Origin: Trichosphaerium sp. ATCC 40318
Taxonomy: Eukaryota; Protista; Tubulinea
Reading direction: 5' to 3'
DNA: 64,000 nucleotides
NCBI GenBank assembly: GCA_038496445.1
Contig: JALMLS010000100.1
Location: forward strand, 191,006-255,005
In this document: in pieces, positions 1 through 11,900 of the stretch
Position numbering within the stretch: position 1 is the first letter of the stretch
Layout of the letters: every line of letters starts with the position of its first letter
Position numbers and translations under genes: made by a program
Notes under the pieces: model-generated
The model's database searches: none
What the model was told of the DNA's origin: nothing
What the model saw: only the letters and a program-made list of their open reading frames with translations

Positions 1-105
1 GACTACGAGGGCTCTTTTTAGACTTACTACCACTAGTCTTTCTTAGTTTTGCTTTCGCTTGTAACCTAAACATAAGAGTGTTAGTTTTTAGGCAATCTCA
101 TAATG

Positions 106-2069
106 CTACACATACAATTCATTGGCACTTTGACGTAATTTCTTCTTTAGTGCGACCATAGGGTCTAAGATCTCTCTCAATACTACAACGATTTGTTCAA
201 AGCTTGGTCTATCCTTCTCATCATATTTACAACACCAAAAAGCAAGGTGCACGAGTACAGGTGGGCACTCTTTTGGTATAATACCAGAACTCTTAATTTT
301 TTTGACATTTATGTCAAATGCATCTTGAGGTACTCGCGGTATCACCTTATTGATTTTTTTTCTTGTTATAATCTCAAAAAGAACAACACTACACGTCAAA
401 CAGATTGTCAGGTCCAAAAAAAGAGACAACAACGTACCCAAAAGAAAATACATCACATTTTGGAGTGTAGTCCATACCTAGCAAAACTTGAGGTGCCTAA
501 AGGTGTAGGTGAGTGAGTCAAGATAGTATTAGAACAAATCTGTCTATCGTTTTTTGGAAGAAGGAGGAGTCTTACCATAAATTCGTCGGTACCACAAATA
601 GTGTGTAGTTTTTGTTTGTCGTGTTTTCGTGCAAACCCGAAATCTGTAAGCTTAACCTAAAGTTGTAGTTTGTACAAAACGTCAGAATTTAAAGTCAAAT
701 GTTTCCACGTTTCTGAAAAAAAACAAAATCATCTTTAATTTATCCCTCTAGTATTTAAACGTACCCGCAATCCATTATCGAGCTAGAAAAAAAAAAATAC
801 AGGCATCAACGCTCAAAACAATGAAGAAAAAAAAACAAACACATTTTGACACGTACCAAAAAATTTTGGCATTTTAAATCTCTAAAGACAATATTACGCT
901 CATGCATGTAATATACTGCCTTCGCTATATCCAATGCCATTCTTGTACGTACATCCCAAGGTATTACTTTATGCTTTCTTACATTATTAAGGTACTTTCG
1001 AAGGTCTCCCTGTCGTAAAAAGTGTCAGTTGCGAAAAAATGATCACTCGGTCGGCACCTTTGGCAAGTACTCCATCACTATGTCCGCAACATCATTTTCT
1101 CTATCGTTGTGGTACACGCAACCAATGAATACTACAATATTAGGATGACGACAAGCTCTACGAGTGCGTTAGTGATCATTTTCATTAGTGGTTGAGGAAA
1201 TGAAATTGTATGGCGTATGCGCGCTTGCTAGCGCATAACGTACTTTAGTAGCGCTATTTCGCGTTTTTTAAATATACATTCCGCTTCATAGTCTCTGGTG
1301 AGCAAAGCATTTGGAGGAAGCGTCTTCTTAACAGCAACCTGCTAGAGATGAATAAAGAGAACAAATAAAAGGCTTACATCAAGTCCTAAATACGTCGCTT
1401 TGTAAACGACACCAAAGTGGCCTAAAACCATTATTACATGACTATTGAGGGCTTTCTGGGTGTGCCTCTTCCTATTTCCTTTACTACTTTTATTTTGTCA
1501 CTGTCAATAGACCAGATGGTCTCTAATTCTGGTAGTGCCCCTTCTAACGCTAGTTCCATTTTGCGATTTAGTAAATTTGGAAATGTGACTGAAATTCAAC
1601 AGTTTTCTGTGGAATTACAAACTTGAGCGGTGCAACTACATTGTTTCTTCAAAATGAGTGTTTTTATGTATTTTACAAGCGTTTTAAACGCAACTAATCC
1701 AAATGAGGCTAGTTGTTGGCACCTAGCACGGCGAGCACCCTCCCTTTACGTAGTTCTTTCTCTTCTTCTAATCCTAGCCGGTAAGCCCAATCTGACATGC
1801 CTAAATGTCGGTTAACCAACGCGTAAATACGTGTAGAACGTACTGTTTAGTTTTTCAGCGAGCATTTGTGGCGGTAGACGTTCTAATACTTGAAGTATAC
1901 GGGTTGTGCCTTGTAGATCATTTTCTTGAAGGCTCTTTTCGATTTCACGCATTTTAGACGTTGGAGGCGGCGTCTGGGCACTTGTAGCTGGAACAGGGGT
2001 GACAGGTGGCGCATTTTCCAGGCTAACGTCTAACTTCTCCTCCGCAAGCAGTGATAGTACGTTTTGCAT
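106..2069 (-). CDS. Tyrosine-kinase-like (TKL) protein kinase, LISK/TESK-like, multi-exon
   Basis: Spliced translation gives EIGRGHFGVVYKA (G-loop), VAVKK, CRHPNIVVFIG, IVFRDLKCQNFL, DFGFARKHDKQKLHTICGTDEFM, FGVVLFEIITRKK and DRPSFEQIV. The start codon is uncertain. Confidence 0.85.
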
Positions 2070-2237
2070 GTCTAACTTTAATTTTAAACTTCGAGAAAGA
2101 GAAATAGCATAAACTAAACGTACGAGCAATTTTGCGCCGTTTTTGACTAGTACAGCCAAGTATGGTTCCCGTTAGCAGCTGTTACAATTTTTTTAATTGT
2201 GTTGACTCTCATTTAAAATAGTGTAGCTACAGCCATC

Positions 2238-3364
2238 ATGAGCACTCGCAAAATGTTTGTGCCTAACCTACCCGCCAAGAAGAACAAAGGCAACAAAGCG
2301 CGGGGCAAAAAGCGTAAAAATCAACCAATAGACACTTCTGCAATGCCCATGCGAGATATTATGCGCAACTCTAACCATGGAAAGCCAACACGCGCTGCTG
2401 CAGAACAAATGGTATAATTTTCACAAAAAAAAATTGTATTAAATGCCGTTGTAAAGGAAAGACGTAAGCGACAGAGAATTGAGCGCTTAAAACGTAAGAA
2501 AGAAAGCACTGGAAGCACAACTGCAGACCAAATAATAACGAAGGTTGTTAAAAAAGCGCCAACTCCTGCGCCACGCGCGGAAAAAAACAAATACTCAGGT
2601 CCATCAGTTCAGGTTGTCAACGGAGAACTAGGTACCGAAAAAACCTCCAATATCTTAACGGTTCTGTAACTGACGTTGCATCACTAGTGTTGAACCCGAA
2701 TTCCTTGTATGTAGAATCAAAATCAGACTATGACGCAGGTGACGCTATTATTGTAGAGGAGAATGAAAGGTAAACTTTTGAAAAATGATTATTTTTGTAT
2801 TTTCGATTCTCCTTTAACCATTCTATTGTATAGGCATATTACAAGTGCAACTTATGCAAATCGTGTGAGAAGCGAAAAATGGACAGAAGACGAAACAAAT
2901 GAGTTTTATGAGGTGCTGTGACAAACATTCTGAGAATTTTCTTTGTTTTCTTGTTTTTCTTAATGTCATTTGAAGTACGGTGTTCCTAAAATTTTTACTA
3001 GGCTTTACGTATGTGTGGTACCGATTTTAGTATAATTGCAAAGTTCTTTCCTACAAGAACACGTCGTCAAATAAGAAATAAGTTTAAAAAAGAAGAGAAA
3101 GCAAATGAGCAAAGAATAGAAGAAGCAATACTAAATCCAATCAAGATGGACGTTGCAAAGTTTAGAAGATTAGCAGGGCTTGATAAAGGTGCTCAAGCTA
3201 TATTAGATACCGCTGTTGTAAATATAGAAGGTGAAGAAGGTGAAGAAGGTGAGGAAGGTGAAGAAGAAGAGCAAAATGATGAAGAAGAGGAGCCAGTTTT
3301 AGAGCTTACAAGAAAGAAAAGAAGAAAATCAAAAAAAAACGAAAAGGAAGAAATGAGTGAATAG
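2238..3364 (+). CDS. BDP1: TFIIIB B'' subunit (Bdp1-like) SANT/Myb protein
   Basis: GPSVQVVNGELVLNPNSL...HITSATYANRVRSEKWTEDETNEFYEALRMCGTDFSIIAKFFPTRTRRQIRNKFKKEEK matches the Bdp1 SANT region. Acidic C-terminal tail. Confidence 0.88.
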
Positions 3365-3550
3365 GAGCTTGTTGGGTTCTTTTTTTAATGCGGGTTGTTC
3401 CAAACCTTTCTTAGGTGCATGGAGCTTATGTAAATAAATTATCGGATAAATAGTTCTTGTACAAAAAAGAGGTGAAGTAAACTGCAAAAGGTGGCAACTG
3501 GATATTAGGAGTCAATCTTTATTTATGACTGAATGCTTAACAGGCGTCGA

Positions 3551-3930
3551 TTACTGCCTTAAAGGCATTCCCAAAGAACGTCGTAAGTAGAATCCGTAAG
3601 TACCCATATAAGGACCCTGAGGAGTACATCCAATCTGCTTGCACCTTTCATTATGTTTTACAACAGCATAAAGTTCTTTTAGAGACAGAGCTGCTTCATT
3701 TGAGATTTCAGGGACTAACGCTAAGCGCGTGAACGCCTGAAATGCCTTAACCTTCATCGGTATCTGAAGTTGCCAAGTATAAAGATTGCGGCATACTCCT
3801 GCAAGTACTTTGACACCTTTGTTTGTGACATTAACTCCATAGAGGTCATCGGCATTAACACTTGCAAGTTGTTTGATGCTGTCATCTGTTACGAAAAAGT
3901 ACTACGAATACTTAATGTTGTGACTTATGA
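3551..3930 (-). pseudogene. Decayed fragment of the LRR family seen intact at 23088-24585
   Basis: Reads VTDDSIKQLASV..VTNKGVKVLAGV and then, after frameshifts/stops, ISNEAALSLKELYAVVK. The intact gene has VTDEGIKQLAGV and ISDEAFLSLKGLYAVEK. Confidence 0.75.
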
Positions 3931-3970
3931 TCCAAGTCAAAAGTGAAGTTTTATTAATTGTATTTAGCAG

Positions 3971-5618
3971 TTATAGTACAACAGCAAAAGTGACAATAGT
4001 CAAGAGCCACAAAGCGTGTACAGCATGAAAAGCGGCAGATGGAGGAGCAGTTGTCATTGGGCTAGCTGTAGTAGGAGTCACAGTTGCCATTGGGCTAGCT
4101 GTAGTAGGAGTCATAGGTGTTGATGCATCAGTAGGCTCAGTTGGCGACATGGGGAATACCACCTTTTCAATTTCATATTCTTGTTGGTCTGGAACGAAAA
4201 AATGAGCGTTCAGTGCATAAACGTCGTTCACTCGTGCTGTGCAAGTTGTAAGGCTTCCTTCTAAATATACAATTAAATAGATTGACATTTAGGATCAGCG
4301 ACTTACGGAAAGTGGAGTTATAAACACCAGTAACAGCAATTGTTGTAAAATCATCTGTTGTTTCCAAACGATACACTAAGTTGTTGGAACCAACTGCAGC
4401 AATACCACCTATGCAAAGTATTTTATTGGATACCCATAAGCTAGATTAAATGAAACTTGAAAAGATTACCTGATGCGGGATCATCACACAAACCATCATA
4501 ACCAGCAGGAGCATCTCCAATAAATTGTACTTTTGTAATGTCGGAAGTGTTCGTCAAGGACACTTTGTAGAGTTCACCTTCAGTGCGCACTATAGCAACT
4601 AACAATACATCTCCAACTATAAGAATACCATTGGGACCAATACCAAAACCTGAACCACCTACAAATAGAGCGTCACGTGACAAGGAAAAGCGCCAAACAC
4701 TTGTTCTTTTACCTGCCCACTCAGTTGGCCTGGAAATCGTAGTAACTTCGTCGGTATTGGCTTCTACCTTCCATACCTTCGCACCAAGTGAATCTGTCGC
4801 ATAAATATCACCTGTAGATTCGTGTACAACTAGTTGTACTCAGTTAGAGCAAGAGGCAAAAACAGAAGAAAAAGCGAAACAGGCGTACTCAAATCATTAC
4901 AAAATGGCGTCAAGTCGGTGCCTGTTAAATTAATAAGCTTGATAAAGTCACCTGTATCCAATTGCCACTCTGCTACCTATTTACGAATCACGTGTTAGAC
5001 CCAATTTAAAAGCCGCTTATCGTGGAGGTACACAACGTACGTATGAGGGTCCTGGTACATTTGGAAACCCTAGTAGTACAGTTCTATACGAAACACAACC
5101 GTATACTCTCTAGTAAAAAGAACACTCCTTAGCGTTAACCCTGGTACTTTTTTACGCACGTTTCTGCCTTCGCTCATAGCGAGACCAATTATTGAACTCC
5201 CAGGAGCCCCGGTTATAGGACCATATGCTGTGGTTGTCCTACACGTGATTATTAATCACTAGCTAATTTGGTAACTTCAAAATAAACTGAAAAATAAAAT
5301 TTTGCCCTCGATTGGGAAACGAACCCGTTGTCTTGTACCATAAATAAGCTACCATTGGTGAACGAAGATAACAAGAAATTTGATGAGCTTGACTACAAAG
5401 GACACAAGTTAACAAACTAGAACAAAACATCAAAATGACATACCCAAGCAATGCCTTCAGGCGAAATGCCGGTTGCCATCGCTTTAATCCTACGTATCGG
5501 TGTTAGCCGGAGGAATAGGGAAAACAAGTAAGCGGTTTAAAAAAGTGTACACGTCGGCAGAATGAGCCACGAACAAGAAGGAAATGAAACACGCGAGGAA
5601 GAGATGTTGTTGTATCAT
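3971..5618 (-). CDS. Secreted, probably GPI-anchored SMP-30/gluconolactonase-like beta-propeller protein with Ser/Thr/Pro stalk
   Basis: Signal peptide MIQQHLFLACFISFLFVAHSA; blade motifs SPEGIAW, FCNDL..GDIYATDS, GPNGI, GYDGL; TPTTASPM repeats; hydrophobic C-terminus. Confidence 0.7.
4055..4113. repeat. Coding tandem duplication (33-nt period) encoding TPTTASPM
   Basis: cattgggctagctgtagtaggagtca occurs twice, 33 nt apart. Confidence 0.8.
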
Positions 5619-6023
5619 TGATAATCAGAAAATGACTTAACAAAAAACAAAAGCACCAAATAGGGAACACAAAAGCTAGAACAGTGAACAAGGCAAAACT
5701 TACTTGCTTTAAGCTGATAAACGGTAGAAAAACAAGGGATATGTAATTGGAACCACGACACAAAAGATCAAGGCACTTGCCTTAAAAAAAACCAACAATA
5801 CCACAAAGCTACAAGTGGCTTTTTTTTTGTTCATGTATTTCACCTTCCTTGCCTTATGGTAGCTGTAGGTAAAGATTCGTATCTCGTAACGGTTCTATGT
5901 CAAAACTTTACTTGCAAGCATGCTATCAACACAAAATTTTGACATAAGAATACGACGTCTGCAGGGTTTTTTCAAACATACACAAAGTTCTGCTGATGTT
6001 TACTTAGAGAATAAAACAAGACG

Positions 6024-6426
6024 CTAACACTTGTCCCTACAGCTAAACGCGACATTGATACAATCTTCTCCTCCGTTTTGTCTACATTCTCTGTATTCTA
6101 CCATGCATGCGGTTACACAAGGGTTCCTGGTTGGTGGTTTCCTCTTGATACAACCTATGGTGCAGTCTATCTTGTCTCTTGAACATGTCTTCCTTTTATT
6201 ACGAGATCTCCCGTCTACACACTTATTGTATGTTTTATGGCATGCCTTTTCACATTGCTGTCGCTGATTACTTTGCTGTCGTGGATTGCCTGAAGATTGG
6301 CAACAAAAGGCAAACGTTAACGTGATATTAGCTTGTTGGGTCTTTTTTCGCGTTATATCACAGGAAACGTACGGAACATAGTGCTACTAGAGCGAGAAGA
6401 GATAGTATTAGTGACAAGTGATGCAT
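6024..6426 (-). CDS. Small secreted cysteine-rich peptide with two 6-Cys helical-hairpin units (not in ORF track)
   Basis: Exon 1 MHHLSLILSLLALVALCS, a GTACGT donor, then ...QQCEKACHKTYNKCVDGRSRNKRKTCSRDKIDCTIGCIKRKPPTRNPCVTACMVEYRECRQNGGEDCINVAFSCRDKC*. The acceptor site is ambiguous. Confidence 0.72.
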
Positions 6427-7132
6427 TGTTCGTTACTGTTTTTTACAATTATGGTCAAGTTTTATCTTGCTCTCCTTTTGTGCACTCTGTACAAACTAAA
6501 ACTAGCGCTAGTTAAACACCATAACACATATATCCTATTTCTTCATTAACACATGATATCACGTGAATTGAACTTTAAGAAATAGTTAAAAAACAGCCTT
6601 TGTCCCAATCGATAATCCAGTACTTCTGCAACAAGTCAAAACCAAAGTTTGGTGCTCATGAAAGCGACGCTAGCGCCCAACTAAATTACTAATCGGAATT
6701 GAACCGATTTTTTGACAACATAGCCAGCTGGTTCTTTAAATGGTATGTATGCTAAAATATTCATGTTTTCGTATGTGCGTAGCTCAGAACAGTAGCCTGC
6801 ATTTGTAGAGTTCATACTGTTTTAAACAGTTATGTAGATTCCACAGAACAAGTTCAGAAGAAATAGGTACATTGGCACTTACGAAAATGTGCTCAAGGTT
6901 AAAAGTTTTTTGAACCAAAGTAGCGAAATCAAACCAAAACCTTCAGTTGTTCTCTTCTTTCAAAACAACAATCCCTCGTGGACTTGAATTAGGTTCGCAG
7001 GAAGAGGCGCGTTATGTTCCTCTGAGGTCGTCTTAGCAGGTCCTCGGGTAATTCTAAAGACTGTGGTCTAACAAACACCAATAGAAGAAAAAAACAAATT
7101 TTTTTATCATTACAGAAAAAACAGTACATTTC

Positions 7133-8800
7133 TTATCGAGAACGTTCTCTCTCTCGTCTACGCCGTCTATCACCTGACCTACTTCGGCTACGTCTTCTCT
7201 TATGATGATCTCTACTTCTACTCCTGCTTCGACTTCTTCTGCGTTTATAACTTCTTCTTCTATCATCTCTTCTTCTGTCGTCGTCTCTGTATCTCCTAGA
7301 CCCTCTACGATCACCTCTATCTCTTCTATCATCTCTACGATCTACTCTATCACTTCTACCGTTACGATCATTACTACTTCCGCCACCATTTTTCTTATTT
7401 TCTTCCTCTTCTTCTTGAAGATACAACTCGAGTTCTTTACACTTATCACGTACAAGAACAAAGCCTGTATACATCTTACCAAGCTTGTGATCCCGAATTC
7501 TAGCATCAGAATCCTTACGAGATAGGTACGAGCCACAAATATCAGAAACACTAAAAAAAGAGGAAAAAAATGAGATTACGAAGAAGTGCATGAACAGCAA
7601 CAAATAAAAAAATCAGAAAGTCCAAAAGCGCTTTCTTAGTATGCAAAAATATTCGAATATACACAACATAGGTACTAAAGCTGTGTGGACAAAAAACAAA
7701 TCGAATAAGACAACGTCAGTTTGTTCAAAAAAAAATTGTTAAAATGTGGTCGTACATTAGGTTCATTTGCTGTTCATCGCTTTGGTATGTAGGTTCTTTA
7801 AGTAGCTCAGTACGTAAAGTATTTAACTGTTGCTCTAGCTCTCCATAAAGAGTCAAATCTCCGCTCTCTCCTGCTTCATTCATTTTCTCTTCTAACTCAT
7901 TTTGTTCGCGTCTTAGTGCATTTGTTTCAAGCTACAAACAAAATGTGAGTGAAAACAGAAAACAACAACAAAAAATGAAACAGAAGACACTCAATCACGC
8001 AGAATTAGTAACCTCTCACATATTCAAAGTCAAATAAAAATACTAGAGAGTATTTTAAAAGAGTTAAATTGAATTAAAGAGAAAACAAGCCGTTTTCGTT
8101 TTTTTTGTCTCTTTTTTGTGCTTTTGAGTCTCACTTTTTTCACTAATAATAACGTACAATTTGACGTTGACGTTCTAGTAGTTCACCTTTACGTTTTTCT
8201 ATCTTTCTATCGCACTTGTCAACCAGATCTTTCAAAAAAAGATATAACTCACGTTCGTAGCCATAGCTTTTTGCCTTACGTGCTTGAAGATATCTAAATA
8301 TATATAAGATAAACACATCTATACTATAAAATAGAAGAAAGAGTGTAATGTGATTGTGAAATTTGAAAAAAAAAAAAAGTGAAAAAAATGGAAAATGGAA
8401 TGAAAATGTTATTAAATCGTTAGAAACGTACTCTTCTCGAAGCACGTCTGAACAAACACGCGGATTAGGACCTAATTTTTCTTTCTGTGCAAAAAGAGTG
8501 TTTTAGAAGATTTGTTTATTTTAAATGTCTCCTTTCGTTCTAATAACGCTAACGTACTGTGTTTACAAAGAGATCGTATACATCCAACCCTTTTTAAAAG
8601 CCTTTAGTGCTTAAATGAAAAGATAACGCATGGGAACGTACCCCAAACTAGATAAAACTTGCATACATCGCGGTCTGTAAATTTCTTTTTCTTTCCACCG
8701 CCTACTTCATCCCTACGCCCTTATTAGCTATGGCAAAGGTGTAAAAGTACCTATCAGCGCCCATAAGGGCATCCAACTGCTTCCTGAAGTCGTCTGTCAT
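7133..8800 (-). CDS. LUC7: LUC7-family U1 snRNP-associated splicing factor with RS domain and degenerate zinc fingers
   Basis: MTDDFRKQLDALMGADR, FTDRDVCKFYL, YGYERELYLFLKDLVDKCDRKI, VSDICGSYLSRKDSDARIRDHKLGKMYTGF, and a C-terminal RD/RS tract. Confidence 0.88.
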
Positions 8801-8990
8801 CCGCAGAGGCCGCGCAACCAAGAAAGACTTGCTGTTGACTATTTTTTTTTTCTATGTGTTAATTTGGTTATTACGCCGCGTGATTGTAACGTCCTTGCTA
8901 GCTAGACTGTACAGGTTTAATTATACCTATTGTAATATTGCTGTATAGCGGTTAGAGAATAGCAATCACAATAACCACTGTATAACATAA

Positions 8991-11900
8991 ATGAGCGAAC
9001 AAAAGACCAGAAAGCGAAGGCGGAGTGTAAGTTTTTGAATTTCAAACAATAACACATTGTGACGCTTGACAGGGCGTTAGTACGAACGGTAAAGAGCCAA
9101 AGAAAAGGCGCACAACAATACCTGACGATTCTTCAAGCGATGAACTCTCTGACTCCAACGACGGCGAGTATTCAGCTAGGGTACGCATTTAAACGCCTCA
9201 AACGCATTGTAAATTACATTATCATCATTTTTAGACTTCCAAATTAAAAGACACTCATAAGACCCAACGGAGTGTCTTCCTCGCGTAATACATTAATAGT
9301 GCATCGATTTGATTGTTATTTAGCGCGCACAGTGGGCCAGCAAGCATACTTCGTCTAATGTTTATGATGCTGTAGCTGTAGACAAGATTATATACAAGAG
9401 AGGTGACTTTATATCAGTTGCAGGTGACTCTGGTAAATGGTATGGAAGGATTGATAAACTCTTTCAGAGAGGGTTAAATAAAATGATGACAATAAGATGG
9501 TTGTATCCTGAAAGTAGTATTCAACAAGTACTTAAAGTAAGATATTCACTTGCAATACTCGACATACAAGAGATAGTGCTCTTTTTTCTTGTAAGTAATG
9601 CCTTTTTTAGACTAAAGTCAAGTTCCGAGAGAGGGAGTTTGCGATCTCACAGCACCTTGATGATAATCCTGGCACGTGTTATTTTTTTCTTTTTAGCTTC
9701 AAATTCTTTGTCCCTTTTGGTTGTTTTGCATCTACTTACTTGGCTTTAGTTGCCACTATTCTTGAAAAGGTTACGGTGAAAGAATTAAAAGATATGAAAC
9801 AAGGAGACAAAGAAAATGTACTGAAGACATCCTCACGTAACTTCCAACTTGTTGTTTTGTTGATGTTTTTTCAAGGAGAATATCTTTTGGTACAAAAGGA
9901 TGCTCACCAAGGATCTCAAATTATTCGCAATGAATAATAAGGTACCTCAATTTGAAGATACAGTTATGTTTAACACTAGAACCTGACCCTCTTCAAGCTT
10001 CGACAAGATTTGATTTTAAAAAAGCCCAAACCAATAGAAATCTCTTTACTGTCGGATTCAGATAGCTTAGATTCCGATATCCAAATGGATACACCAATCA
10101 ATGAGTTAGATTCTTTGGTAATCAACTATAAATCGTTTCAAACGCAACTTTCCTTTCGCTGAATTTTGTTTCAAGGACGAAGACTCAGATGAAGAATCTG
10201 ATGAATCAAGTGTCAGTGAACCTAGGCGCCGACAACCGAAAATTAAAAAAAAAACATTAGCTGAGGAGTTCTTAGTAACACCAAAGTCACTATTTGATAC
10301 ATTGAAGAACCCTTGGCTATCTCGGAAAAAATTTTGGAGACAAAAGTTCGGCTTGCAGGTAACATCTTCAAAGAGTAACACTTTTCTTACTTTTTTATTC
10401 ACTGTTTGTGTTTAGGATGCCGGAGGTCGTTATGCTGATATGAAGACTCCGAACGTATTCATAGATTTAGATCCGCGGTTTTATAACAAAAAGAACGCAG
10501 CAGAAAAGAAGCTTGGTCACAAGATGACGAATAAAGAGTTTAAAAAGAAATACGAGAAAAAACTAAGAAATGTCTTTAGTAACATATCTTTATTTGATCC
10601 TGTACTTGCAGAAGTAATGTACAGATGGTTTGCCCCTGCAAATGGATACATATTAGGTACAATATTTCACATATTAAGTGAGAAAAAAAGCCCTTAACTT
10701 AGCTTCTCCTAATTCCAAGAAGATTTCGAGAATTTTACACTTTTCTGAGTGTTGTGGTAATCCATGCTGACTTTTTTATTAAGATCCGTTCGGAGGTGGT
10801 GTAACTCGTGGATGTGTAGCAGCTGCAATGAATCTACATGTTCGTATCTTTGTTTTCTCGTTTTCTCTTTCAACAAAGCATTAATTTCTCTTTGCTTTTG
10901 TTTCACTGACTCTGTTTTTGTAGTATGTTGGTGTTGATTTGGCACCATTTCAAGTAGCTACTAATAAAGATTATGCAAAATCAATACCTTTCAATGTACA
11001 ACCAACGTGGATACAAGGAAACTCGGAAGATATTAAAAAACTTGTTGCAAAAGAAAATAATCCCGCTGCTCCTCCAGGTAAAACATTTTTCAATATTTGC
11101 GCATTCTTGTATCCTACTGACCAACTATAGACGGGCAATACGATATGCTTTTGACATGTCCACCATACTGGGGTACGAAAATACATCAAGAGTTGAACCA
11201 ATATTGACTTACTTTTTGGTTAAGATCTTGAACGCTATTCTGACGACCCTGATGATTTAAGTAATGCCAAAGATTACTCACGGTTTTTAAAAACATATAC
11301 TTCAATATTAAAACGCTCATGTAAACTTGTAAAGTACGTTGTTGACTCGTTCTGAGGTCAAAATCATTTCTTCTTTTTTTCTTCTTTTTCTTACAGTTTT
11401 TTTGCAGGAAGAACAGGTTTATCATCATTGTTGTATCTAATTTTAGACGCTCTATAAAACGACAAGGTGTCTTAGGAGCATATTATCCTTTTGAGGCTGA
11501 TACAGTTAAGGTACATACCCTTCAAAAAAGAGGTTTTCAAAAAAACTTGCTTATTTTTATTTACAGATTATGGAATCTCTGGATATCTTGCTTTATAATC
11601 AATTCACTTTATCTCAAGTACAACGCTCTACCGAAATATCATTGATTTACGGACTCATAAATTCATAGACATTTGGTAATAAACGGCTTGGTTGTAGACG
11701 TACATATGTCGCTTCTAAAAAGATATACAGTACAACACAATCAGTGCTTGTATTCCTTAAGGGAGGTGAAACTTATCTTCCAGAAACAATACAACAAACA
11801 AGTGTAAAAGAATACGAAGGTACAAAAGAAACAACTGATACAGTTCTTTCAAAAATGTTTTTTTTTTTTTGGTTCCCAGGCTGAGTTTTTTATTAATTTT

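Noticed and set aside
2070-2159. Ankyrin-like 'VLVKNGAK' at the start of ORF 1812-2159
   Set aside because: It comes from a TTG-start extension in the divergent promoter region and has no other ankyrin features.
6300-6330. Non-canonical ...CACG 3' splice site that would neatly extend the signal peptide of the Cys-rich gene
   Set aside because: In-frame AG acceptors exist on either side, and every other acceptor I checked is AG.
7054-7551. Alternative-frame and antisense ORFs over the LUC7 RS domain (similarly 12204-12715, 15577-16197, 21400-22561, 43706-44224)
   Set aside because: Shadow ORFs caused by low-complexity or repetitive coding sequence in the real frame.
10255-11765. Methyltransferase as bacterial/phage contamination or part of a restriction-modification system
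   Set aside because: It is interrupted by eight spliceosomal introns, fused to BAH, flanked by LUC7 and Ada3, and has no adjacent nuclease.
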